A stretch of DNA of 41,354 nt from a virus. Positions 41,248 to 41,354 of the stretch are shown here, in pieces (position 1 is the first letter of the stretch; every line of letters begins with the position of its first letter). The stretch lies in IMG/VR virus record IMGVR_UViG_3300010274_000001, positions 1 to 41,354 of that record, one strand, 5' to 3'. The position numbers and the translations under genes are program-made. Below the pieces are notes generated by a model, which did no database searches, was not told the origin of the DNA, and worked only from the letters and a program-made list of their open reading frames with translations.

Positions 41248-41354
41248 ATATCATAAGATAACTAAAGTAGCTTAAGTAACTATAGTAACTTAGGATAATC
41301 TTTTATATCTTTAGTTTTGCTTTTGCTAAAGAAAAACAATAACATAATAAAAGA
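41248..41354. repeat. Right copy of the 107-bp exact terminal direct repeat
   Basis: Identical to 1-107. Confidence 0.9.

Noticed and set aside
1-41354. Temperate lifestyle, prophage or mobile-element features (integrase, repressor, att sites, transposase)
   Set aside because: No ORF has recombinase or transposase motifs. The organisation is that of a strictly lytic T7-like phage. The dispersed 107-nt modules have no terminal inverted repeats or target-site duplications that would mark them as MITEs.

Overview
The window looks like a complete, terminally redundant phage genome. Bases 1-107 are repeated exactly at 41248-41354, so the unique length is about 41.25 kb. GC content is low and almost every gene has a strong GGAGG-type Shine-Dalgarno site.

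The gene set is clearly T7-like. I recognise by motif:
- gp10-type capsid, gp8-type portal and an acidic scaffold
- gp11 and gp12 tail tubular proteins
- gp14/15/16-type internal core proteins
- gp19-type large terminase
- gp2.5-type SSB ending in ...GDF
- gp3 endonuclease I, gp4 primase-helicase, a family-A DNA polymerase and gp6 exonuclease
- class II RNR, dUTPase and a thymidylate-kinase-like enzyme

Three things depart from T7:
1. No single-subunit RNA polymerase, no gp3.5-type lysozyme or other recognisable endolysin, and no integrase.
2. The genome has two convergent arms. The + arm (487-25195) runs from capsid to fibre. The - arm (40833-25240) runs from the early genes through replication to portal and scaffold. 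They meet at a bidirectional terminator, so portal and scaffold are separated from the capsid gene.
3. Transcription appears to use host sigma-A-type promoters for the early genes, plus a roughly 107-nt conserved intergenic module. That module occurs four times, co-oriented, one copy ahead of each non-early gene block. It is my top candidate for something undescribed.

Other points worth a second look:
- a gp11 adaptor expanded to about 880 aa by eight or nine internal repeats
- a 1724-aa fibre that looks like an Mtd-type fibre (N-domain, repeats, C-type-lectin-like domain) fused to a second fibre body with its own C-terminal domain
- two standalone Mtd-N-like mini-proteins
- a candidate -1 frameshift site (A_AAA_AAC) feeding an 80-codon frame with no start codon
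- a primase zinc ribbon split by a 1-nt frame change in a T4 run
- two paralogous families of small acidic early proteins
- T7-like short-repeat arrays and a G-rich island beside the terminal repeat

All functional calls come from motif recognition by eye. No database search was run.
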